NCBI GenBank assembly: GCA_013791995.1
Contig: VMSS01000125.1
Location: forward strand, 1-47,073
DNA: 47,073 nucleotides
Direction: 5' to 3'
Source: Desulfurivibrio sp.
GTDB lineage: Bacteria > Desulfobacterota > Desulfobulbia > Desulfobulbales > Desulfurivibrionaceae
In this document: positions 18,158 to 28,518 of the stretch, piece after piece
Layout: each line of letters starts with the position of its first letter
How positions within the stretch are numbered: the first letter of the stretch is position 1
Program-made: the position numbers and the translations under genes
Notes under the pieces: model-generated
The model's database searches: none
What the model saw: the letters and a program-made list of their open reading frames with translations, nothing else
What the model was told of the DNA's origin: nothing

Positions 18158-20689
18158 ATGGCGCAACTTCCCATCCACGAGGTCCTGCCCCAACTGCAAG
18201 AGCAGTTGGGGCGCCGCGAGTCGGTAGTGCTCAGTGCCCCGCCCGGCTCGGGCAAGACCACGGTGGTCCCCCTCGCCCTGCTGGCCGAGCCCTGGCTGGC
18301 CGGGAAAACCATTCTGATGCTTGAACCGCGCAGGCTTGCCGCCCGGCTGGCCGCAGGATTCATGGCTCGCCAACAGGGCGAGGAAGTCGGCCAGACCGTA
18401 GGCTACCGGGTTCGGTTCGAAGCAAAGGTTTCCTCGGCAACCCGAGTGGAAGTGGTTACCGAAGGGGTGCTCACCCGCCGGCTGCAAAACGATCCCGAAC
18501 TCACCGGAGTGGGACTGATCATCTTTGACGAGTTCCACGAGCGCAACCTGCAGGGCGACCTTGCCCTGACCCTCTGCCTTGATGTAATGGGCGGCCTGCG
18601 GGACGATCTCAAGCTTCTGATCATGTCCGCCACTCTGGACACCGGAGGGATCAGCCGACTGCTGGACAACGCCCCGGTGGTCACAGGCTCGGGTCAAACC
18701 TATCCCGTTGCGGTGGAATACTCCCGAACATCCCAACCGCTTACGCCCCATCCTCGGGAAATCGCCAAGCAGATGGCCGGAGCCATCCACAAGGCCCTGG
18801 CCGAACAGCCGGGCGATATTTTGGCCTTTTTGCCGGGTGGCGCGGAAATCCGGCATACTCAAGCACTGCTGAACGCTGGCGTGCCCTCCGCTGAAATTGC
18901 CATCCATCCCCTCTTCGGCGACCTGAGCCTTGCAGCCCAAACCGCCGCGGTGCAGCCGGACCGACAAGGGCGACGGCGCATCATTCTGGCCACCCCGATT
19001 GCCGAAACCAGCATCACCATCGAGGGCATCCATACCGTGGTGGACAGCGGCTGGAAACGGCGCCCGCAGTTCGACCCAAACAGCGGCCTAAGCCGCCTCA
19101 CCACCCAGCGCATCTCCCACGCCTCGGCCACCCAGCGTACCGGCCGGGCCGGTCGCCTCGGTCCGGGGCATTGTTACCGACTGTGGAGTATCGGTGAGGA
19201 CCACGGACTCAAACCCTTCGACCCGCCGGAAATCCTGGGCGCCGACCTGAGCCAACTGGTTCTGGATCTGGCCCGCTGGGGGGTGCACGACCCTGATCGC
19301 CTGCGCTGGCTTGATCCGCCGCCAGCCGGACATTTCAGTCAGGCGCAATCCGTCCTGCGAACCCTCGGAGCCTTGGACCTTCAGGGCCATATCACCCCCC
19401 TTGGCAAAAAAATAGCCGAACTTCCGACCCACCCGCGCCTCGGCCTCATGCTGCTGACCGCTGCCAAACATGGGGCAGCCTCTCTGGCCTGCGACCTGGC
19501 GGCCTTGCTCTCGGAACGCGACATCATCAAGGGACGGGAACGTTCGGCGGATATCGAAGACCGACTCCACGCCCTGGCAGCATTCCGCACTCATGGCCGG
19601 GCCGCGGCCCAATCCCTTGGGGCGGACACAGATGGATGCCGCAGGGTGGAGCAGAGCAGCAGGCAGCTTCGGGATCATCTGTCCAAACCTGCACGGCACA
19701 AGAGTACAGACACCGCAATGAACGCGGGCGAACTCCTGGCCCTGGCCTTTCCGGATCGGATCGGTCAGCGACGGGCTGAGAAACAGGGGCAATTCAAGTT
19801 GACCTCCGGGCGCGGTGCGGTTCTCCCTCCACACGACCGTCTCATGGCCCACGAATATCTGGCAGTGGCTGAGCTGGACGCAGGCCGGACCGAGGGAAGA
19901 ATTTTTCTTGCCGCGCCCCTGGACAGGGAGTCCCTGCTGACCCTGTTTTCCGACCGGCTGCAAAGGGAGGAAAAGGTATTCTGGGAAGAGCAGAGCAATA
20001 CGGTGAAAGCCCAGCAAATTATGCGGCTGGATGAACTCATTCTGAAAACAACCCCTCTGGCAAAACCTTCCCCCGAGGCAATGCTTGCGGCCCTGCTCTC
20101 CGGTATCCGCATTCGCGGTCTTGCACTTTTGCCCTGGAGTGACAACGCAAGAGAGTTGCAGGCGCGCTTGCAATGCATGCAACTCTGGCAGCCGGAAGCG
20201 GGATGGCCGGATGTTTCCGATGCGTACCTGCTCGAAAATCTTGAGCAATGGCTGGCGCCGTACCTCACCGGAATGCGCAGCGGAGAACATCTCAAGAAAC
20301 TCGATCTGGCCGCCATTTTTTCCGCCCTGCTTGACTGGCAACACCGGAGCCAGCTGGACCGGGATGCTCCCACCCATCTCACCGTGCCCAGTGGTTCCCA
20401 GGTTAAGCTGCGCTATACTCCGGGCGAGCCGCCGGTGCTGGCGGTACGCCTCCAGGAGATGTTCGGCCTGGCCGACACCCCAAGAATCTGCAACAATACG
20501 GTCCCGGTACTGCTCCATCTGCTCTCCCCGGCCCGGCGGCCCATGCAGATCACTCAGGATCTGCGGGGTTTCTGGGAGGGTGCCTACCATGAGGTGAAAA
20601 AAGAGCTCCGGGGCCGCTATCCCAAACACCACTGGCCGGACGACCCCTGGCAGGCCCAGCCCACCAGCCGGGTTAAACCCCGCAAATAA
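18158..20689 (+). CDS. hrpB: ATP-dependent RNA helicase HrpB
   Basis: APPGSGKTT, DEFHER, MSAT, QRTGRAGR and the C-terminal LLSPA.RP.Q.T.DL...RYPKH.WP. Confidence 0.95.
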   Translation: MAQLPIHEVLPQLQEQLGRRESVVLSAPPGSGKTTVVPLALLAEPWLAGKTILMLEPRRLAARLAAGFMARQQGEEVGQTVGYRVRFEAKVSSATRVEVVTEGVLTRRLQNDPELTGVGLIIFDEFHERNLQGDLALTLCLDVMGGLRDDLKLLIMSATLDTGGISRLLDNAPVVTGSGQTYPVAVEYSRTSQPLTPHPREIAKQMAGAIHKALAEQPGDILAFLPGGAEIRHTQALLNAGVPSAEIAIHPLFGDLSLAAQTAAVQPDRQGRRRIILATPIAETSITIEGIHTVVDSGWKRRPQFDPNSGLSRLTTQRISHASATQRTGRAGRLGPGHCYRLWSIGEDHGLKPFDPPEILGADLSQLVLDLARWGVHDPDRLRWLDPPPAGHFSQAQSVLRTLGALDLQGHITPLGKKIAELPTHPRLGLMLLTAAKHGAASLACDLAALLSERDIIKGRERSADIEDRLHALAAFRTHGRAAAQSLGADTDGCRRVEQSSRQLRDHLSKPARHKSTDTAMNAGELLALAFPDRIGQRRAEKQGQFKLTSGRGAVLPPHDRLMAHEYLAVAELDAGRTEGRIFLAAPLDRESLLTLFSDRLQREEKVFWEEQSNTVKAQQIMRLDELILKTTPLAKPSPEAMLAALLSGIRIRGLALLPWSDNARELQARLQCMQLWQPEAGWPDVSDAYLLENLEQWLAPYLTGMRSGEHLKKLDLAAIFSALLDWQHRSQLDRDAPTHLTVPSGSQVKLRYTPGEPPVLAVRLQEMFGLADTPRICNNTVPVLLHLLSPARRPMQITQDLRGFWEGAYHEVKKELRGRYPKHHWPDDPWQAQPTSRVKPRK

Positions 20690-21092
20690 CCAAGAATCGT
20701 CACATAAGGGATGCGATACCGGCGATCTTCCGAACACGTTCCGTTGCATTCTTTTTCTCTCCTGCCCTGTTCCCATCGGTACTACGCATAGCATCTCTCT
20801 TAAACTTCCAGCTTGACCGCCACATTTTCTGTTAAAAAACAGCGCAACTTCAGATATATAACAAAATATAACAACGATTATCATTTTTTTGTACAGGTAT
20901 TTATCTTTCATTGGTATAAATATCCATGCTAGTATAAATACCTACAAACGTGAATTTCGTGGGTAGGTATGAAACTTGTCAAACCAGCGGGACTGACCAA
21001 TACGGATCGCAGACAGAACACTGAATTCGATAGGTTGCAAAAAACCGTCAGAGTGTTTGCTTATCCATCACTAATCATAACGGAGGGTTGTT

Positions 21093-24000
21093 ATGGGCTT
21101 ATCGCGTCGGGATTTTTTGAAGTACAGCGGCACCACCGCCGTTGCCACGACTGTGGCCAACGGGCTTGTTCCGGGTGATGCCTCAGCCAACGAGCGGGAT
21201 AATCGCACCAAGGGGGCAAAGGTCTCAACAACCATCTGTCCCTATTGCGCGGTTGGTTGCGGCATGCTGGCGTACAGCAAAGACGGCAAGGTTATCAACA
21301 TCGAGGGTGATCCGGAACATCCGGTCAGCCAGGGCAGCCTCTGCTCCAAGGGCGCTTCCGTCTATCAGATCGCCAACAACAAGGACCGGGTTACCAAACC
21401 ACGGTACCGGGCTTCCGGCGCCGCCACATGGCAAGAGGTGGAATGGGACTGGGTCCTTGACAAAATCGCCCTGCGGATCAAAGAAACCAGGGATAAAACC
21501 TTTGTGGCCCAAAACGTTGAGGGCCAGACAATCAATCGTTGCGAAGGCATCGCCAGCGTCGGCAGCGCCGCTCTTGACAACGAAGAGTGTTACATCTATC
21601 AGAAATGGCTGCGCTCTTTAGGCCTTGTTCATATAGAACATCAGGCCCGTATTTGACACTCCGCAACAGTTGCGGCTCTGGCAGAGTCGTTCGGACGCGG
21701 TGCAATGACAAACCATTGGAATGATCTGGCAAACTCCGATGTCATCCTGATCATGGGCAGTAATGCCGCTGAGAATCATCCAATTTCCTTTAAACACATA
21801 ACTGCGGCAAAAGATAAAGGCGCAATCCTTATCAGTGTCGATCCCCGCTTTACCCGAACTTCGGCCAAAGCGGACATCTATGCGCCGTTGCGTTCCGGTT
21901 CGGATATCGCCTTCCTGGGCGGCATGATCCATTACATTTTGGAAAACAAGCTTTACCACGAGGACTATGTCCGCCTCTATACCAATGCCCCATTTCTGGT
22001 CAACGATGAATTCAAGATGCCGGGAGAGTTGGAGGGGATTTTCTCCGGATACGATGTCCAGCAACGCAAGTATGACAAAAACGCCTGGGCATTCAAGAAG
22101 GATGCGGGGGGTGTTATCCAGAAGGATGACACCATGCAGAAGCCGAACTCTGTTCTGCAGTTGTTGAAAAAACATTTTTCCCGTTATGACGTTGAAACTG
22201 TTTCCAACATCACCGGAACCCCCAAGGAACTGCTGGAGCAGATTTACAAGACCTATGGCGCAACCGGTAAAGCCGACAAAGTGGCAACGGTCTGCTATGC
22301 CATGGGCTGGACCCAGCATACGGTGGGCGTTCAGAATATCCGAACCATGGCCATTATCCAGTTGCTGCTCGGCAACATCGGCAAGGCCGGCGGCGGAGTC
22401 AATGCCCTGCGCGGTGAAAGCAATGTCCAGGGTTCAACCGACCACTGCCTGTTGTTCCATATCCTGCCGGGGTACCTTAAGACCCCCGATGTCTCTACGC
22501 CGACGCTGAAGGAGTATAACGAAAAGAACACCTCCAAAACCGATGAGAAAGAGAGCGCCAACTGGTGGGAAAATTACCCCAAATATTCGATTAGTCTGCT
22601 GAAGGCATTTTACGGTGACAATGCGACGCCTGAAAATGATTTCGGCTTTGACTGGCTTCCCAAGCTTGATGTTGGCCAGGATGCTTCCTGGATGATGATT
22701 TTCCATGAGATGCTCAAGGGCAAATTCAAGGGCTTCTTTGCCTGGGGACAGAATCCGGCCTGCTCCGGAGCCAACTCCAACAAGACCAGAAAGGCGCTGG
22801 GAGAACTCGACTGGCTGGTCAACGTCAATCTGTTCGATAACGAAACCGGTTCGTTCTGGAAAGGACCGGGACTGAATCCCGCCGATGTCAAAACCGAGGT
22901 CTTTTTCCTGCCATGCGCGGCCTGGATCGAAAAAGAAGGCAGCATCACCAACTCGAGCCGTTGGGCACAGTGGCGATACAAAGCCGTCAATCCTCCGGGC
23001 CAGGCCATGCCCGATGCCGAGATCATGAACGAACTCTTTTTCAGGGTCAAAAAGCTCTACGAAAAAGAGGGCGGCGTCTATCCCGACCCGATAACCAAGC
23101 TCGACTGGAGCTACGGGCCAAAGGATGCCAACGGCAAAGTCACCCATATGGACAGTCATATGATTGCCAAGGAGATCAACGGCTACTTCCTGAAAGACAC
23201 AATGATCAAGGAAGAACTTTTCAAAAAAGGGACTTTGGTGCCGAGCTTTGCCTTCCTGCAGGAAGACGGCTCCACCTCGTCTGGGAACTGGCTCTATTGC
23301 AACTCCTATACGGAAAAAGGCAATATGATGGCCAGGCGTTCCACAAAAGATTCCTCCGGAATCGGCCTGTATCCTGAATGGTCGTGGTGCTGGCCGGTGA
23401 ATCGCCGGATCATTTACAACCGGGCCTCAGTGGATGAATATGGCAAACCCTGGGATCCAAAACGTGCCGTTATCGACTGGAATGGGGAAAAATGGGTCGG
23501 TGACGTGCCTGATGGCGGCTGGCCTCCTCTCAAGAATCCCGATGGGACACCGAACCCGAAAACCAAAAAGGCCTTCATCATGAAACCTGACGGGGTGGCG
23601 AGCATCTTTGGCCCGGGCCGGGTCGACGGGCCTTTTCCGGAGCACTATGAACCGCTGGAGTGCCCGTTGCAGGAAAATCCGATGAACAAGTCCCATCGGA
23701 TCAACCCCACCGCTACCATGCTTAAATCCGATGAGGATGCTTTCTACTCCTGCGATCGCCGGTATCCTTTTGTCGCTTCGACCTATCGGGTCTCCGAGCA
23801 CTGGCAGACAGGGGTTATGACCCGGCACAGCCCGTGGTTAATGGAAATGCAGCCCCAGGTTTTTGTTGAGATCAGCAACGAGCTGGCGAGTGAACTGGGG
23901 ATCAAGAACGGCGAGAAGGTCATGGTTGAATCGGCCCGCGGCTCTTTATGGGCCAAGGCTGTTGTCACCTCGCGCTTCAAACCCTTCAGTGTGATGGGCG

Positions 24001-24161
24001 GGACTGTTCATCAGGTGGGGTTGCCATGGCATTTCGGCTGGCAATTCCCCGAGGATGGCAGCGGCGGCGAAAGCGCGAACCTGTTGACCTCGTCAATTGG
24101 AGACCCCAACACAAAGATACCCGAGACAAAGGCCTTTATGGTCAATGTCAGGAAACTGTAG
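21093..24161 (+). CDS. fdnG: Selenocysteine-containing formate dehydrogenase alpha subunit, Tat-exported; 1022 aa, Sec188
   Basis: SRRDFLK Tat signal and CPYCAVGC. TGA 21654-21656 reads as HQARI-U-HSATV and joins ORFs 21093-21656 and 21705-24161 in frame. Confidence 0.95.
21672..21690 (+). promoter_or_regulatory. Putative SECIS hairpin of fdnG
   Basis: GCGGCUCU-GGC-AGAGUCGU; loop begins 23 nt after the UGA. Confidence 0.7.
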
Positions 24162-24170
24162 GAGGCGGAC

Positions 24171-24941
24171 ATGGGAAAAAGCGTGCTGATTGATCTGACG
24201 CGATGTACAGGATGCCGTGGCTGCCAAGTCGCCTGCAAGCAGTGGAATGAGCGGGCGGCGCGTAAGACAGTGTTAAACGGCGATTTTACCAACCCCCCGG
24301 AAATGAGTTCGGATTGCTACACCCGCATCAAGTTCATTGAGCATGAAAAGAACGGCAAGCCGATGTGGAGCTTTGTCAAAGACCAGTGCCTGCACTGCAA
24401 GGAACCGGCCTGTGTCTCGGTTTGTCCGGTCGGAGCTCTGGAAAAATCCAAGGAAGGTCCGGTGAAATACAGCTACGTCAAGTGTATCGGTTGCCGGTAC
24501 TGCATGGTGGCCTGCCCCTTCCATATTCCGAAGTATGAATGGGAAAAAGTTCTGCCCTGGGTTCAAAAATGCAGCTTCTGTTCCGAACGGATCAATGACG
24601 GAATGGAACCGGCCTGCGTCAAAGTATGCCCGACGGATACCATGTTTTACGGTGAACAGGACGTTGTGATGGCCGAGGCCAAAAAACGGATCAAAGAAAA
24701 TCCGGGCAAGTATGTCAATCATATTTACGGCAAGGACGAGGCCGGCGGAACCGCATGGATGTACATCTCCGGCGTCCCGTTTGAAGAACTCGGCTTTCGG
24801 ATGAATATCCCGAAACAGTCGTTGCCGGCATACACCTGGGCGTCATTGTCGACCATTCCCGGCAAAGCCACCGCCATTGTTGCCGGGCTTGTCGCAATTG
24901 CCTATTTCCGTAACCGGGGAAACAGTGAGGAGGATAAGTAA
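24171..24941 (+). CDS. fdnH: Formate dehydrogenase iron-sulfur beta subunit (FdnH/HybA-like)
   Basis: CTGCRGCQVAC, CLHC..PAC..VCP, CIGCRYCMVACP and CSFC...PACVKVCP. Confidence 0.9.
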   Translation: MGKSVLIDLTRCTGCRGCQVACKQWNERAARKTVLNGDFTNPPEMSSDCYTRIKFIEHEKNGKPMWSFVKDQCLHCKEPACVSVCPVGALEKSKEGPVKYSYVKCIGCRYCMVACPFHIPKYEWEKVLPWVQKCSFCSERINDGMEPACVKVCPTDTMFYGEQDVVMAEAKKRIKENPGKYVNHIYGKDEAGGTAWMYISGVPFEELGFRMNIPKQSLPAYTWASLSTIPGKATAIVAGLVAIAYFRNRGNSEEDK

Positions 24942-26080
24942 TGGCCGAGCAAGAGAATAAAAACATACAACTGATGTCGGGCGGAGGAAAAATATTGCTC
25001 GCCCTGGTCGGCCTTTTCGGTGTGGCTGCCATTTACCGCCTCGCGACCGGCCTCGGTGCGGCCACCAATCTTAATGATGATTATCCATGGGGTTTGTGGA
25101 TCGCCATGGATGTTATGGCGGGCGTTGCCCTGGCGGCAGGCGGTTTTGCCATCGCGGCGGCTGTTTACGTCTTTAATATGAAAAAATACAAACCCATTGC
25201 CCGGCCGGCGATTTTGACCGCCTATTTCGGCTATCTGCTGGTGGCGGTGGGCATCTTCTTTGATATCGGCAAGCCCCACACCCTTTGGCACCCGCTGTTC
25301 ATGTGGCAGCCCCACTCCGTGATGTTCGAGGTTGTCATGTGCGTAGTGATGTATCTCGCCGTGCTCACCTTTGAATTCGCTCCCACATTTTTCGAGGGGA
25401 CCGGCAGAAAGGAACTGGCGGATAAATTCCATAGCCCACCGGTGCTGTTCTTTTTGGTGATCATGGGCATTACCCTGTCGTTTTTCCACCAGTCTTCCTT
25501 GGGCGGGCTCTTTTTATTGATGCCGTCCAAGCTCCATCATCTCTGGTGGACGACCCTGCTGCCCTATAATTTTTACATTTCCGCTATTGCCGCAGGGCTT
25601 GCCATGGTTTCTTTCGAAACCGTGCTGGCAGCCAAGATCTTTAAACATGATCAGGAAAAAGACATTCTGCAAGGGCTGGCCACGGGCACGGCTATCACCC
25701 TCCTCATTTACCTGGTTATGCGTCTTGGTGACATTGTCGCCAATGGCAACCTCGGCCTTGCCTTTGAAGGCAGCACGGCAAGCATGCTTTTTCTGCTGGA
25801 AATCGTTGGCGGCGCCATCGTGCCGATGATTCTGCTGGCCATACCGGGGATCAGAAAGTCGGTGGCTGCTCTGTTCATAACACAACTGCTGGTTATCTCC
25901 GGTGTTGTCATGAACCGTTTCAGTGTCACCTTCTTGGCCCAGGGGGGAGGGAACAGCACGTACTTCCCCTCTTTTGTGGAAATAGCCATAACTGTCGGCC
26001 TCATTGCCCTGCTCATGTTTTTGTATCGGGCATCGGTCATTAAACTGCCGGTGTTCTCCCACGCTAAAACCGAGAAGTGA
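24941..26080 (+). CDS. NrfD/HybB-family membrane anchor (quinone-interacting subunit)
   Basis: TNLND.YPWGLWI, GVALAAGG, HQSSLG and NRF motifs; many TM helices. Confidence 0.88.
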   Translation: MAEQENKNIQLMSGGGKILLALVGLFGVAAIYRLATGLGAATNLNDDYPWGLWIAMDVMAGVALAAGGFAIAAAVYVFNMKKYKPIARPAILTAYFGYLLVAVGIFFDIGKPHTLWHPLFMWQPHSVMFEVVMCVVMYLAVLTFEFAPTFFEGTGRKELADKFHSPPVLFFLVIMGITLSFFHQSSLGGLFLLMPSKLHHLWWTTLLPYNFYISAIAAGLAMVSFETVLAAKIFKHDQEKDILQGLATGTAITLLIYLVMRLGDIVANGNLGLAFEGSTASMLFLLEIVGGAIVPMILLAIPGIRKSVAALFITQLLVISGVVMNRFSVTFLAQGGGNSTYFPSFVEIAITVGLIALLMFLYRASVIKLPVFSHAKTEK

Positions 26081-26093
26081 TGATGCCAACCAT

Positions 26094-26135
26094 GTGAGAC
26101 GGGTGCTCCCTCCTTGTATCCCGTCTCACTTTTTT
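26094..26135 (+). terminator. Intrinsic terminator after the fdh structural genes
   Basis: GTGAGACGGG...CCCGTCTCAC followed by TTTTTT. Confidence 0.8.
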
Positions 26136-26202
26136 ACACAGCGCCTGACAGCGCAGGGTGTGAAAAGAATGAATGCATTTGAACCCCATGGGAGCGAACC
26201 AA

Positions 26203-26814
26203 ATGAAAAGATTATTTGTTTCTTTCATCACAGGTCTGTTGTTCCTCTCTGTGTTTTCCATTGCTTTCGGAAACACGGAAACGGAAAAACGCTATGATGT
26301 ACCGATTGGCAACTCACCCCAGATGGGTCCGGCTGACGCCCCAGTCACCATCATCGAGTTCATTGACTTTCAATGACCCCACTGCCAGGCGGCCGGGACG
26401 GTCGTCCAACGGTTAATGAGTGAACATAAAGGGAAAATTCGGCTGGTTATCAAGAATTATCCCTACAAATACCGCGATTATTCCCATATCGCCGCCGAGG
26501 CGACTTTGGCTGCCGGCGCGCAGGGAAAGTACTGGGAAATGCACCACCTGCTGCTTGTCCGGGGCACCAAGCTTGACCGAAAAAGCCTTATCGGCCATGC
26601 GGAAAAATTGGGCCTGAATGTGCAGCAGTTCACCGCAGACCTTGATTCCATGAAGCATGGCAATGAGATCGAACGGGACAAAAAACTGGCTCTGGATCTT
26701 GATCTGTATAACACCCCGACCTATTTCATCAACGGCCGCATGGTAATCGGCAACCGGCCCTATGAGCATCTCAAGAAGATCATTGACGAGGAGCTTGCCA
26801 ATGTTGCGAAGTAA
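26203..26814 (+). CDS. Exported DsbA/Com1-like selenoprotein with U-P-H-C active site; 203 aa, Sec58
   Basis: GPADAPVTIIEFIDFQ-TGA(26374)-PHC continues in frame into ORF 26416-26814 (AAGAQGKYWEMH, TPTYFING). Confidence 0.9.
26388..26406 (+). promoter_or_regulatory. Putative SECIS hairpin of the DsbA-like gene
   Basis: GGCGGCCG-GGA-CGGUCGUC; loop begins 19 nt after the UGA. Confidence 0.7.
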
Positions 26815-27871
26815 GGCAATGCTTCCTGTGCTCCTGCTTGTTGTTTCCGTGCTGCTGCCAGGAATGCTGTTTGCCGGAAAACTAGAGCCGATCAAGCCTG
26901 TTGCTGCGCCACGCTTTAACCCCATGAGCGCCGAGAAGGTTGAACTTGGCAAGATGATATTTTTCGACCGTCGCCTTTCCGGGGACGGCACCATGAGTTG
27001 CGCGACGTGCCATATTCCGGAAATGGCATTTACCGACGGAGAGGCTATTTCGCTCAATTACCCGACCACCAGGAACTGGCGGAATGCTCCGACCCTGATC
27101 AATCTGGCATACAACCGGTATCTTTTCCATGACGGCCGGGCAGAAAGCATGGAAGACCAGGCGCTGTTCCCGATTCTTTCGGCCTTTGAGATGAATCAAA
27201 ACCTGGATTTTCTGGAGGAAGAACTGCGCTCGGAACCGGAGTACCGGAAAGAGTTTCAAAAGGTTTTCGGCACCGATGATACCACCAGAGAACGCATTGC
27301 CTTGGCCATTGCAGCATTTGAACGCATCTTGGTGTCGCAAAATGCGCCGTTGGACCGCTTTCTTGAAGGCGACCATACAGCGCTTTCCGAACCGGCCCAA
27401 AAAGGACTTGCGATATTCACCGGCAAGGGCAAATGCACGGACTGCCATTACGGCATGAATCTGATCGATGATAAGTTCCATGCCCTGAATGTACCTGAAC
27501 ACCCGGAATTTCAAAAGGACCCGCGGGTCGCTGCAACCCGCAGATTTGTTGCCAAGTTTTACAACTATGAAGCGTTTCGTACCCTGCAGGAAGATCCGGG
27601 CCGCTATCTCATAACCAAAAAAGATGAGGACTGGCGTGCTTTCAAAACCCCAACCCTGCGGGAAATAGCCCGGACGGGCCCTTATATGCACAACGGCTTT
27701 TTTGAAACCCTGGACCAGGTGATCGATTTTTTTGATCAGGGCGGCGGCAGCGGCACCACAGCGCTCAAACCCCTGGGCTTGAGCAGGGAAGAAAAACAAT
27801 ATCTCAAAGCCTTTTTGCTCGAAGGATTGGCCGGCGAACCAATTGCGTTTCAGTTTCCGCGCATACCATAA
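26801..27871 (+). CDS. Diheme cytochrome c peroxidase/MauG superfamily protein with atypical key residues
   Basis: Signal peptide, VELGK..FFD.RLS, CATCH, CTDCH and FKTPTLR...PYMHNG. Confidence 0.9.
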   Translation: MLRSKAMLPVLLLVVSVLLPGMLFAGKLEPIKPVAAPRFNPMSAEKVELGKMIFFDRRLSGDGTMSCATCHIPEMAFTDGEAISLNYPTTRNWRNAPTLINLAYNRYLFHDGRAESMEDQALFPILSAFEMNQNLDFLEEELRSEPEYRKEFQKVFGTDDTTRERIALAIAAFERILVSQNAPLDRFLEGDHTALSEPAQKGLAIFTGKGKCTDCHYGMNLIDDKFHALNVPEHPEFQKDPRVAATRRFVAKFYNYEAFRTLQEDPGRYLITKKDEDWRAFKTPTLREIARTGPYMHNGFFETLDQVIDFFDQGGGSGTTALKPLGLSREEKQYLKAFLLEGLAGEPIAFQFPRIP

Positions 27872-27885
27872 ATAAGGAGAAAACC

Positions 27886-28206
27886 ATGTCGCAATATCCC
27901 AAGAATTACACCTGGCTCATGTCGCAGTTTAGTGAAGTGATCGAGGCCCACCAGAATTTAGGCAAGATACTTACCGCTGCCGGGCCTATTGACAAGAAAC
28001 ATGCTCAACTTGTGCAGCTTGCCGGTGCGGCCACCTCCCGTTCGGAAGGCGCAGTGCATTCCCATGTCAAAAGAGCCCAGGGCGCAGGTGCTACACCTGA
28101 GGAAATTTATCACACCTTGATTCTCCTGGTCAGCACCATCGGATTTCCAGCCGTTGCGGCAGCGCTTTCCTGGGCCAAGGATGCCCTCGAACCGGAACAG
28201 CAGTAA
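27886..28206 (+). CDS. Carboxymuconolactone decarboxylase (CMD)-family protein
   Basis: GPID.K..QL..L...SEGAVHSHVKRA...GAT.EEI...TIGFP. Confidence 0.85.
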   Translation: MSQYPKNYTWLMSQFSEVIEAHQNLGKILTAAGPIDKKHAQLVQLAGAATSRSEGAVHSHVKRAQGAGATPEEIYHTLILLVSTIGFPAVAAALSWAKDALEPEQQ

Positions 28207-28226
28207 GAAGGATTGGAGGAGAGAAT

Positions 28227-28472
28227 ATGCAACCCCTCGCCCTATTTGAAGTGCCCTATGAACAGCCCCGTGTCACGTCGGAGGGTTCGCTTTCTCCGGA
28301 AATACGCGAGAAAATCGAACATCATGTTCGTGCGGCCGCCCAAAATGGCAAAATTTTATGTGCAGGAGCTCTTGCCATTGCCCGGTCTCTCGGGGTACGC
28401 TCCAGTGATGTCGGTAAAGTTGCCGATGCCATCCACATCAAAATTGCAAAATGCCAGCTGGGCTGTTTTTAA
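28227..28472 (+). CDS. Conserved small protein with C...IKI..CQLGCF motif
   Basis: GKILCAGALAIARSLGV...VGKVAD..IKIAKCQLGCF; GGAG RBS. Confidence 0.75.
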   Translation: MQPLALFEVPYEQPRVTSEGSLSPEIREKIEHHVRAAAQNGKILCAGALAIARSLGVRSSDVGKVADAIHIKIAKCQLGCF

Positions 28473-28518
28473 AAGCTTCATGCTCGTGATGCGGACAATG
28501 TAATATGGTGGAATAATT

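Noticed and set aside
19088-20911. 607-aa minus-strand ORF, and similar long antisense ORFs at 7360-8514, 12521-13459, 13212-14393, 26882-27799 and 30536-31507
   Set aside because: They mirror well-supported genes on the opposite strand and show no recognisable motifs. They are shadow ORFs caused by codon bias.
20969-21178. 69-aa ORF as a leader peptide for fdnG
   Set aside because: It overlaps fdnG out of frame and has no attenuator structure or informative codon run.
21654-21656. Premature stops suggesting pseudogenes (also 4260 and 26374)
   Set aside because: All three TGAs fall on catalytic Cys positions, keep the frame and have SECIS-like hairpins, so selenocysteine is the better explanation.
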